From positions 96,134 through 160,133 of the forward strand of contig JBKAGE010000001.1 in NCBI GenBank assembly GCA_046290225.1: 64,000 nucleotides of DNA, given 5' to 3'. Source of the DNA: Bradymonadia bacterium. GTDB taxonomy: Bacteria; Myxococcota_A; Bradymonadia; UBA7976; UBA1532. Of this stretch, positions 10,141 through 18,319 are shown piece by piece; position 1 is the first letter of the stretch, and every line of letters starts with the position of its first letter. The notes under the pieces are model-generated. The model ran no database searches. It saw nothing but the letters and a program-made list of their open reading frames with translations, and was not told the origin of the DNA. Both the position numbers and the translations under genes were made by a program.

Positions 10141-10577
10141 GCATGTTCCTGTTGGTCCATGCCGCCTCCACCTGGGCGCTCGTGGGCCTCATCTGGACCA
10201 TTCAGATGGTGCACTATCCACTCTTCGCCCAAGTGGGCCCCGAGGGCTTCACGGCGTATCACCACGATCACACCCGCCTCATCACCTTCGTGGTGGGTCC
10301 ATTGATGCTTGCCGAGGCCTTCACCACAGCGGCGCTGGTCTTCATGCCCGATGCGTTGCCAAGTGACTTGAAGGGCGCCGCATGGGTTGGGGCGATCCTG
10401 CTCGCGGTGGTCTGGTTGACGACGGCCTTTATCTCGGTGCCATGCCACAACCAGCTCGCCGGAGGCTTCAATGCGCACGCCCACGACAAGCTGGTGAGCA
10501 CCAACTGGATCCGCACCATCGCATGGACCGCCCGAGGCGCTCTGGTGCTGTGGATCTTTAATCGCACATCCTCTTGA
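10137..10577 (+). CDS. Small integral membrane protein (about 4 TM helices)
   Basis: GLIWTIQMVHYPLF...NWIRTIAW motifs; GTGA overlap with the upstream stop. Confidence 0.75.
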   Translation: MSMFLLVHAASTWALVGLIWTIQMVHYPLFAQVGPEGFTAYHHDHTRLITFVVGPLMLAEAFTTAALVFMPDALPSDLKGAAWVGAILLAVVWLTTAFISVPCHNQLAGGFNAHAHDKLVSTNWIRTIAWTARGALVLWIFNRTSS

Positions 10578-10632
10578 TTACCCCTCACCCTTTGCGGAGA
10601 CTCCGCCCCTTGAACGCACCACAGGTGACCTC

Positions 10633-11889
10633 ATGACCCGCGCTATCTGTTGGATCGCCGCGGCATCGCTCTTTGGTGGCTGTGCCGGCGATGCAGAAAC
10701 TTCCCTGGGCAACGAGCGTGTCCGTGCCCCCGATGCTCAAATGGCCCCTGACGCAGCAGGCCCCCTCCCCGGGCAACCGGACATGGGCCTGCCCGACACC
10801 GACGCCGCCGTGGGCTCTGCCGATGTGGGTACGGCCGATCCGGACGCGATGGCTGCAGATCCCGACGCCGGGCGCGATGAACCCGACGCCGAGGTGATGC
10901 CGGATCCTGATGCAGCCATGGGTGAAGCTGATGCCGAGCCTGACGCTGACATCGACGCACCCGATGCGGCGCCTGAGCCCGACATGGGACCTGTCGATCC
11001 GAACCTCGACCCTGGGGCACCAGGGCCCTATGCGGTCTCTGTGGAGGCTGGGGTGAACGTGGCCCTGCCCGAGAACAGCAGCAGCACACTCATCGTGTGC
11101 ACCCCTGAAGAGAACGGTGCCCCCCTCGACGAGGCGCTGCCTCTGGTGGTCATCTCCCCGGGCTTCCAGCTCGAGACCAGCCTCTACCGTTCATACTGCG
11201 AGCGCATCGCCAGCTGGGGCTTTTTCACGGTCATCCGTAGCCTCAACGTAGTGGGCTTCACCGCAGACCACCCTGCGATGGCTCGGGATCTCAGCGGCCT
11301 CATCGACGTACTCACCGCCAACGACAGCCCCTATGCAGGGCAGATCGATGCCTCGGCCATTGCCGCAGCAGGCCACTCCCTCGGCGGAAAGCTGAGCGCC
11401 CTCGCTGCCGCTGACGATGATCGCATTGATGGGGTGATCGGCTGGGATCCGGTTGATGCTGATCCCCCCGGCGGCTTCGGCGTCGGCGCCTCAGTCGTGC
11501 CAGAGCGCGGGGGTGATCTGTCGATGCCCGTGCTGGTCTTTGGTGAGACCCTCGATGCTGATCCGGTCTTCGGGTTCGGGCCCTCGTGCGCCCCCGCTGA
11601 CCAGAACTACACGCAGTACTATGACGCCGCCTCTGGGGAGGCCACGGAGATCACCTTCGCCGGGGCTGATCACGTGGACTGGCTCGACAATGTCAACTGT
11701 GGGCTGTTCTGCAACGCGTGCCAGTCAGGCATGGCCGATGATGCGGTGGTGCGCTCGATCACTCAACGCACCACAGTGGCCTTCTTGCTGCTGCACTTGC
11801 AGGGTATGCAGGGCATGGCCCGCTGGGTCGATGGTGACGGCCTCGACGCCGACGAGCAGGCAGGGACGATCACGGTGCGCTCTCGTTGA
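10633..11889 (+). CDS. Chlorophyllase/cutinase-like alpha/beta hydrolase lipoprotein
   Basis: Lipobox LFGGC; Asp/Pro-rich linker; nucleophile elbow GHSLGG; DPVD; HVDWLD. Confidence 0.8.
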   Translation: MTRAICWIAAASLFGGCAGDAETSLGNERVRAPDAQMAPDAAGPLPGQPDMGLPDTDAAVGSADVGTADPDAMAADPDAGRDEPDAEVMPDPDAAMGEADAEPDADIDAPDAAPEPDMGPVDPNLDPGAPGPYAVSVEAGVNVALPENSSSTLIVCTPEENGAPLDEALPLVVISPGFQLETSLYRSYCERIASWGFFTVIRSLNVVGFTADHPAMARDLSGLIDVLTANDSPYAGQIDASAIAAAGHSLGGKLSALAAADDDRIDGVIGWDPVDADPPGGFGVGASVVPERGGDLSMPVLVFGETLDADPVFGFGPSCAPADQNYTQYYDAASGEATEITFAGADHVDWLDNVNCGLFCNACQSGMADDAVVRSITQRTTVAFLLLHLQGMQGMARWVDGDGLDADEQAGTITVRSR

Positions 11890-11890
11890 C

Positions 11891-13732
11891 TCACTGCCCC
11901 GCCTGCTGATCTGAGAGCCAGGCCAGCGCAGCCTGAGCCGCCTCGCCTTGCACGCCATACCGACCGATCAGCCCCTTTACCCGGCTGTGATTCACCGAGT
12001 GCACATCCCCTTCGAGCACCATCTCTGCCAGGGCCGTCTGCATCTCCGGGGTCAGACGGCCCGCGCGGGCCTGCTCGTCGAGCGCGTCGAGGGCCGAGCC
12101 CTGCACGCCATAGTCAGCGTCGAGCGCCAGATCCAGCAACAACGCCCCAGCCCCAGGATCAGCCACAGCCCGCAGGGCCGTCGCCGTCGCCGCTCGCACA
12201 CCCACCTCGGGGTGCTGGGCGTCGCCTTCGAGCAGCTGTACCAGCTCAGATCGGGCGGTGTTGCCCAGCGCACGGATCATGTCTCCACGAGCCTCGGTGT
12301 CTTCGATGCCATCCAGCCCGGAGGCGAGGCGCTGGTAGGCCTGCACGCTACGGCCCTCGTCGCTGTGGTGATCGATGGCGCTGCCCAGAGCGAATGCCGC
12401 AGCCATGGGCGCTGCGCCTGCCGCGTCGCTGGTCAGCTCCTCCTCGAGCCAATCGAGTGAAGCCGCAGTGGTCGACTCCACCATGGAGAACCGCTGAATC
12501 AGCAACCCACGCTCGTCATCTGCCCGCGCAGCGGGGGTCTCCAGAGCTGTACGCAGTGCGTTCTGTGCCTGTGGATGGCCAGCGTTGGCCAGCAGATCAG
12601 CTACGAGGGCGCGGCCCTTCTGGCCCAGGGCCGGCTCTTCGAAGAGGGTGACCAGCTGCTCGCACAGCTCCGGCTGAAGCCTGAGCAGCCCCGTGGCGCG
12701 CCAGAGCCACCGCTGGTGATCAGGCATCTCCCCAGCAGGGCCGAAGCGCATCAGGTCATCGCTGATCTGGTCGAAGGTCAGCCCCGCCGCTCGACGCGTG
12801 AGCATCTGGCGCTCGGCATCGGCGCTCACTTTGATCTGACCGGGCACTCGACGCTCAAGCTCTGTCTTCTGTTGCGCCACGACCTCAGCTTCAGTGATGT
12901 CCACGAGCACAAGGCTCAGGCTGTGATGCGCGGAGAGACCATGCCCCGGCTCGGAGACCTCGATGTGCATCGTGCTCTGGAGATCCACCACATGGCCTGC
13001 AGGACTCACGTGGGCCAGGGTGCGCCCATCCACAGGGGCCCCACCCTCGGGCAAGGCCTGTAGACGCTCGCATTGTTCGCGCCGGCGCTCTACCTGCCAC
13101 TGGGCCCCCACCTCAGTGGCTGTATAGTCCCCCACCATGGCGCCGTACTGTGTGTACTGCTCAGCCGACCACGCCCCCTCCGCTTGCACCACGAGTTCAA
13201 GCTCCGAGGCCATCATCTGAGCGATGTGCTTGAAGAGACGGTGGCTGTCCTGAGGCATGTCGATGGCCCGCACGCGCCCGTCGAGACCCACAGTCAGCTC
13301 TGCATAGGCACCATCGAACACAGCAGCAGCGGCCTCTGCGCTGGGGATCGCATCGGTGTCGAGGACCATCAGCCGATGTCGGGTGACGTCGGCGAGGCGC
13401 ACCTTCAACCGCCAATGATCAGCGGCCTGAGCGATGGGCTCGATGATCCAGATGCCTTCGAGATCAGCCTGACCAGCGATGTCGACGGTCTCTCCTACAC
13501 CCACAGTCCGCGTCACGGTCTGCTCTGCGGTGTAGGTGAGCTGGTAGCGGTAGCGTCGGCCGAGTTGCCACGCCAGCTGTGGGCCGTCGCCAAGTGAAGC
13601 CTGCCGAGTGATGGTGTTGTGTTTGGCGGTCTGCTCAGGCTGTGAGGCGGCCTGCTCGCTCTCACCGCCAAAGCCCGCCCAGAGTGCCACCGAGATGCCC
13701 GCCGCTGCCGTGATGATGCCAATACGCCGCAT
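11891..13732 (-). CDS. Secreted or membrane-anchored protein with N-terminal beta domain and HEAT-like helical repeats (vitellogenin_N-like)
   Basis: N-terminal hydrophobic segment; WQLGRRYRYQLTY; helical motifs DLLANAGHPQAQNAL, FALGSA, IRALGNT, VRAATATALR. Confidence 0.75.
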   Translation of the reverse strand: MRRIGIITAAAGISVALWAGFGGESEQAASQPEQTAKHNTITRQASLGDGPQLAWQLGRRYRYQLTYTAEQTVTRTVGVGETVDIAGQADLEGIWIIEPIAQAADHWRLKVRLADVTRHRLMVLDTDAIPSAEAAAAVFDGAYAELTVGLDGRVRAIDMPQDSHRLFKHIAQMMASELELVVQAEGAWSAEQYTQYGAMVGDYTATEVGAQWQVERRREQCERLQALPEGGAPVDGRTLAHVSPAGHVVDLQSTMHIEVSEPGHGLSAHHSLSLVLVDITEAEVVAQQKTELERRVPGQIKVSADAERQMLTRRAAGLTFDQISDDLMRFGPAGEMPDHQRWLWRATGLLRLQPELCEQLVTLFEEPALGQKGRALVADLLANAGHPQAQNALRTALETPAARADDERGLLIQRFSMVESTTAASLDWLEEELTSDAAGAAPMAAAFALGSAIDHHSDEGRSVQAYQRLASGLDGIEDTEARGDMIRALGNTARSELVQLLEGDAQHPEVGVRAATATALRAVADPGAGALLLDLALDADYGVQGSALDALDEQARAGRLTPEMQTALAEMVLEGDVHSVNHSRVKGLIGRYGVQGEAAQAALAWLSDQQAGQ

Positions 13733-13787
13733 GATCTTGCTCCTGAAGTCCGAGGTCTCTGCCTTGGGCTACGCAAGATCGATACGG

Positions 13788-13799
13788 CTTTTTTTCGAG
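13788..13799 (-). promoter_or_regulatory. 12-bp motif CTCGAAAAAAAG, copy 1, upstream of the 613-aa gene
   Basis: Plus strand CTTTTTTTCGAG, identical to 16807-16818; both copies are followed on the minus strand by GCGTAG after 13-15 nt. Confidence 0.5.
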
Positions 13800-13803
13800 C
13801 ACG

Positions 13804-14271
13804 ATGTTTTTGTCACCATCGTGCGAAACAACCACTGCTGAAGTGCCAATCAACATACATGTCATGGTGGCGATGCGTAGATGGGGTCAGCTCTACCTTG
13901 AGCTCGTCAGACATCCTGGAGGATGGGAAAACTCCATCCCATTCTTCCGCTATACTCTGCTCACCCACGACGGCTTGAGAGACACAACCCTCGTCCACAC
14001 ACTCAAAACCGTGGTCGACAACCTCGCAGGAGAGGAGATCATGCCGTACGGAAACCGCTATCTGGAAGCACTTGAGAGCCGAGGCGAGGCCCGCGGTCAA
14101 GCGATGACCCGCATCGAGATGACCATGAAGGTCATCCGTCGCTTCTTCCCAGATGAGGCAGAATCTGCGCGCTCATGGGTAGAGCAGGCAACACCCGAGA
14201 TGATTGATGGCATGATCGACCGGCTCGTCGACGCCAGGACCTTGGCAGAGCTGTTGGGTCAACTACCATAA
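13804..14271 (+). pseudogene. C-terminal remnant of an Rpn (YhgA-like PD-(D/E)XK) protein; the small internal ORF 14041-14271 may be intact (RpnS-like)
   Basis: FFRYTL...EEIM...LESRGEARG...WVEQAT.EMIDGMIDRLVDARTLAELL matches Rpn/DUF4351-like tails; no nuclease N-terminus; strong SD GAGGAG just before ATG 14041; visibly lower GC. Confidence 0.65.
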
Positions 14272-14276
14272 CGTAA

Positions 14277-14347
14277 AACGCCCGCCCCCGACTCGCTGTG
14301 CATAGCGAGCCAGAAGCGGGCGTTCGCTCAAATGAGCGCGCTCATTT
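14277..14347. terminator. Hairpin plus palindrome between convergent genes (probable terminator)
   Basis: AACGCCCGC (14277-85) pairs with GCGGGCGTT (14316-24) around an inner CTCGCT/AGCGAG stem, with an A-run on the left; perfect 18-bp palindrome AAATGAGCGCGCTCATTT at 14330-14347. Confidence 0.6.
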
Positions 14348-16705
14348 TCAGGGGTTCGCAGCGAGCGACTGCAACCCGAAGAGCGGCACCTTCAGCTTCG
14401 TCTTGAAGATGTTCGTGTTCCACTTGGGGCCGGTCCACTTGAAGATGGTCACCTGACCCTTCACGCAGAAGGGGCACCAGCCCGCCTCGCCCCAGAGGGC
14501 GATCTTGCCGCTCAGAGCCCGGAAGGCGAAGTCGAGGCCCGTCTCGACCACCAGCTCCAGGGCGCGGATGTCACCGCGGGGCGCGTTGAGAGCGATCTTG
14601 GCCTTGAAGGGCAGCGACATGTTCAGGAACTCCAGGGTGCCCTTGATGCCCGCTCGGGCGATGAGGATGTCGATGGAGAGCGCCGCGAAGCCGTTGAGCA
14701 TGGCGTAGGGCTTCACCTGACCCTTTACGTAGGCGGCGACGTGGGTGCACTGCGCGCCACCCTTGTCCACACCAGCCTTGGCGCCGAAGCTCAAGCCCAG
14801 CTTGCCGGAGATGCCGCCTTCCACCTTCACGGGGATGAAGACCACCGTGAACCACATCGACCCCTTCACCTCCATCTTGGGGGTCTCGATCTTCTGGTCC
14901 TTCACCAGGTCGAAGGTCAGGGCACCCACCAGGTTTTTACGGCCCTTGTAGAGGCTCTTCCCGGCAATTTGAACGTCACCCTCGTACTTGTGCATGTTGG
15001 CGAAGAAGCGCACGTAGATGAGGTTCACCTGCTTGCCGAAGCCCGTGGCGCCGGCGCGGAACATGGCCTCGAACTCGGCGTTCACGTTGCAGAGGATCCG
15101 CTCGAAGTCGAAGACCCGCCAGCGCATCAGGTACTCGTAGTACAGGTTGAAGTCGTTGTTTCCGAGCTTGCTGAACTTGCTGAACTTCTGCGCGGGATCC
15201 TTCAGACCACCGCCCACCTTGGACATGGCCGCCTTCGCCGCGGCCCGGGCCTTCTCCTCTTGAGCGCGCTGCTCTGCCTGGCGACGCTCCGCCTCTGCCT
15301 TGCGGGCGTTGTCGTTGAGCTCTTTGAGCACCCGGAACAGGTCGAAGCTGCGGGGTGAGGCGAGCCAGAGGCGGCCTTCGGCGACGACGTTGCCGTCGAG
15401 GTCGAGCAGGGGCACCCCGTTGAGGTTCGTCAATACACTGTGCTCGGCCTCTTTCTGCAGTGCGCGGCATGCAGCGTAGTCCGCCTCACGCTTGTCATTC
15501 ACCTTGTCGGCGATGGCCTCCACAAGACGGCGCGGTGAGTAGTCACAAGGGGTGATCTCCCTGGCGCTCAGGCAGCCCTCTGCCTCAGCGACGAGCAGGC
15601 CCTCGACGATTTGCTCGTTGACCACCTCGAGCTCCACCTGGGCCACCTCGAGTGCGGCGCCGGCCTCTTCAGCGTCGAGAGACTCCCCGTTGCAGAAGCC
15701 TGTCTCTTCGTCGATCTCCCCATAACAGTCCCCGATGGGATCGGCCGTGGAGAGCAGGTCGATGCGGGCGACGAGATCCGCCCGGCGCTCGACGGCATAG
15801 GAGAAGGCACGCTGGGGCATATCGTGCTGCAGCATGACCTCGTCGAGCGTGTCGCTCAGTTGCCGAGCTGCCTGCATCTGCCAAGCGAGGGTGTCAGGTC
15901 GGGTACTGACCTCGGGATCTTCGAAGAGCCCTGTCAGGTGCGAGAGGCGATCATCACCAGCGATGAGATCGATGGGTGCGCCGAAGTAGGCGTTGCGTGG
16001 CACCATCTGCACCTCGCCTTGCTCGATGGGCGTGCCATCGAAACCGCGAAGCTCGGGCCCGGGATCGGAAGGGTCCAGACCCATGTGGGCAGCAGCGATG
16101 CCCTCTCGGGCCACCTCCACCATGGTGGTGTATTCAGTGCCCAGAGGGGCGATGGCATCCTCGAAGCGGCTGACGTCGTAGTATTTCTCGTAGATGTATT
16201 CCTCACAGGTCTCGAAGCCGGCGTCGTTGGCGCGATAGTCCCTCCGCTTCTGCAATACATCTTCAGTGAAACCGCCGAAAGCCGTGGTCTGGGTGTGGGT
16301 CTGGGCCACGATGTCGCCGTAGGTGTCGGCGCCTTCTCGCACATAGGTCATGCCCTCGTGGCTGTAGGGGGTCTCGGCGACCACCTCCACCTCACCCTCG
16401 GGGCTCAGCGCCAGCACCTGAGGCAGTGTGTGGGCGTTGGAGAAGCCGTGCTCGGCGAGCTGTTCGGTGCAGCTCGGGGTGCCGTCGGGGTAGGCGCTCT
16501 GGCGACGGGTGGCCTCGACGCCACACGAGGTCTCCAGATAGGCCGGTGACAGGCAATCGGCGAGTGTAGGCGGCGCGCAGAGCACGGTGGGCTCGTAGAA
16601 CACCCCAGTGGGCTCGGCGATGAAGAACTGAGCGCTGGCCTGACCGGCCACGATGGTGGCTGCGGTGGCGCAGACAACAGACGCAATTCGACGACGGAAT
16701 GACAT
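14348..16705 (-). CDS. Secreted protein: Cys-containing helical/coiled-coil N-half and basic amphipathic beta-sheet C-terminal domain
   Basis: Signal peptide ending ASA-QF; SD GGAGG; coiled coil ARKAEAERRQAEQRAQEEK; the last ~280 aa show alternating hydrophobic beta-strand patterns. Confidence 0.8.
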   Translation of the reverse strand: MSFRRRIASVVCATAATIVAGQASAQFFIAEPTGVFYEPTVLCAPPTLADCLSPAYLETSCGVEATRRQSAYPDGTPSCTEQLAEHGFSNAHTLPQVLALSPEGEVEVVAETPYSHEGMTYVREGADTYGDIVAQTHTQTTAFGGFTEDVLQKRRDYRANDAGFETCEEYIYEKYYDVSRFEDAIAPLGTEYTTMVEVAREGIAAAHMGLDPSDPGPELRGFDGTPIEQGEVQMVPRNAYFGAPIDLIAGDDRLSHLTGLFEDPEVSTRPDTLAWQMQAARQLSDTLDEVMLQHDMPQRAFSYAVERRADLVARIDLLSTADPIGDCYGEIDEETGFCNGESLDAEEAGAALEVAQVELEVVNEQIVEGLLVAEAEGCLSAREITPCDYSPRRLVEAIADKVNDKREADYAACRALQKEAEHSVLTNLNGVPLLDLDGNVVAEGRLWLASPRSFDLFRVLKELNDNARKAEAERRQAEQRAQEEKARAAAKAAMSKVGGGLKDPAQKFSKFSKLGNNDFNLYYEYLMRWRVFDFERILCNVNAEFEAMFRAGATGFGKQVNLIYVRFFANMHKYEGDVQIAGKSLYKGRKNLVGALTFDLVKDQKIETPKMEVKGSMWFTVVFIPVKVEGGISGKLGLSFGAKAGVDKGGAQCTHVAAYVKGQVKPYAMLNGFAALSIDILIARAGIKGTLEFLNMSLPFKAKIALNAPRGDIRALELVVETGLDFAFRALSGKIALWGEAGWCPFCVKGQVTIFKWTGPKWNTNIFKTKLKVPLFGLQSLAANP

Positions 16706-16806
16706 GACTTCCTCCCCTCGAGCAGATGCTCTTGTGTGATGCGTGTCGGTGACATTGAGTGGGCCGCGTTGGCCTTCATTGACCCCTACGCCAGGGAGGT
16801 GGAGTT

Positions 16807-16818
16807 CTTTTTTTCGAG
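16807..16818 (-). promoter_or_regulatory. 12-bp motif CTCGAAAAAAAG, copy 2, upstream of the 785-aa gene
   Basis: Exact match to 13788-13799. Confidence 0.5.
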
Positions 16819-16855
16819 GCGGGATTTTTTTGATGAGGGCGGAAAGACGCCCCCT

Positions 16856-18214
16856 TCAGCGGCACGCGAGGGGCATGCTCCGGTTCACCGGTACCCAGGC
16901 CTTCGGAGCGCTGCGGGCTTTCTTGGGGGCGCTCTTGCCGATCTTGAAGGAGAAGCTCAGGGCGTCTTTGTTCAAGGCCACCGTGGAGAGGTTCAGGCCC
17001 TTGTCGCCGCCTTTGCCCATGCCCAGGGCCGCCGTGGAGAACGAGGCTTTGGTCTTGCCCATGCTGTCGCCCCACAGCTGCTTCGCCCAGGCGGTGCCGT
17101 CCGTGATGAGGGGGGGACCGATGATCTCTTCGATCTCCACACCGTTCACCCCGAGGTCCAGGGCCCCCTTCGACAGCGCCACAGAGGGGTCAGCGGCGAT
17201 GCGGGCGCGGATACAGGCACCCTGGGCGCTCCAGACGTTCACCTTCAGCGGCTTGGCGCCCCCGGCCCACTCCACAGCGGGGGTGAAGGTGCCGCTCGGC
17301 GAGGCCTTGCCGCTCATGTCGTAGGTGCTTGGCAGCTTGCCGCCGGCGATGGCCCAGTTGGCCAGCTCCACAGCGGTCGCCGGGGCGATGCGCACGTGTA
17401 CGCGATCAGAGGGCAGCGAGCGCGCCATCGAAGCGGTCATCGGGTTCAACCCCGTGGACACGGGCAGCGTCGTGCGGGCGTTCACCTGGAACACGCCATT
17501 CGCCGACGACAGCGACAGCTCGGCGATGGGCAGATCAGGCAGGGTGAAGCGCACCCGGGCCAGCTCACCGATGGGCTTGAGCACCTGGCTCTGCAGCAAG
17601 CGGAAGGCGTTGTCGGTGAGGTACTTGATGGCGCCGTCGGCGAGCTGACGCACTTGGCGCTCAGGCACGAGGTTGCGCACGAGGCTGGGTACGTTCGACA
17701 TCAACGCGCTCACCAGCTTGCTCCCGGCGTTGGCGCTCACCGAAGGGGTCACCGACTTGAGATCGTCGGCCCGAAAGGCCAGCTCGAGGGTGCCCTTTTT
17801 GGCGTCGGCCACGGGCTTGGTCTCTGTGGCCATGGACATGGTGAACAGCGAGCGGCTGCCATACCCCACGTCGAGATCGAGGCCCATCTTGTACTGCCCC
17901 TTCTGCGTCTGGGTGATGACCATGCGCTTGGGGGCGACCTTGAAGTCTTTGACGTAATCGGCGAGCCGGCCCATGCCGGGGATGGGGATCGATTTGGGGG
18001 TGATCCTGTCGATGCCGGCGCTGATGGCATCATCGAGCATCTTTTGCGGGATGGCGATCGACAGGTGGGGCGCAGTCTGCTGAGCCACCGGCTGGCGGTT
18101 CATGAAAGCATCCCGGTGGGCGGCGATCTCCTGGCAGGGGCCGCAGCCAGTGGTCAGGGCGGCGACGCCGACGCTGAAGGTGGCCCAGAGGGCGCCTCGG
18201 ATCAGGCGGTGCAT
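16856..18214 (-). CDS. Lipoprotein of unknown function, possibly TULIP/BPI-like two-domain fold
   Basis: Lipobox LTTGC; SD GGAGG; two strand-helix openings (LSIAIPQKMLDDAI and VHVRIAPATAVELAN), each followed by long beta strands. Confidence 0.65.
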   Translation of the reverse strand: MHRLIRGALWATFSVGVAALTTGCGPCQEIAAHRDAFMNRQPVAQQTAPHLSIAIPQKMLDDAISAGIDRITPKSIPIPGMGRLADYVKDFKVAPKRMVITQTQKGQYKMGLDLDVGYGSRSLFTMSMATETKPVADAKKGTLELAFRADDLKSVTPSVSANAGSKLVSALMSNVPSLVRNLVPERQVRQLADGAIKYLTDNAFRLLQSQVLKPIGELARVRFTLPDLPIAELSLSSANGVFQVNARTTLPVSTGLNPMTASMARSLPSDRVHVRIAPATAVELANWAIAGGKLPSTYDMSGKASPSGTFTPAVEWAGGAKPLKVNVWSAQGACIRARIAADPSVALSKGALDLGVNGVEIEEIIGPPLITDGTAWAKQLWGDSMGKTKASFSTAALGMGKGGDKGLNLSTVALNKDALSFSFKIGKSAPKKARSAPKAWVPVNRSMPLACR

Positions 18215-18319
18215 GTGTTTCCTCCACATTGAGCGGGCCCATCTGACCCCTTCAAGGCCTGGGGCTCAACCCTTTCTTGTGCCAGAATCCCCCGCCAGAC
18301 TCAGATCAGAGGCCACTTG

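Noticed and set aside
18270..18286. Sigma-54 promoter (minus strand TGGCACAAG)
   Set aside because: Good -24 element but no GC at the -12 position.
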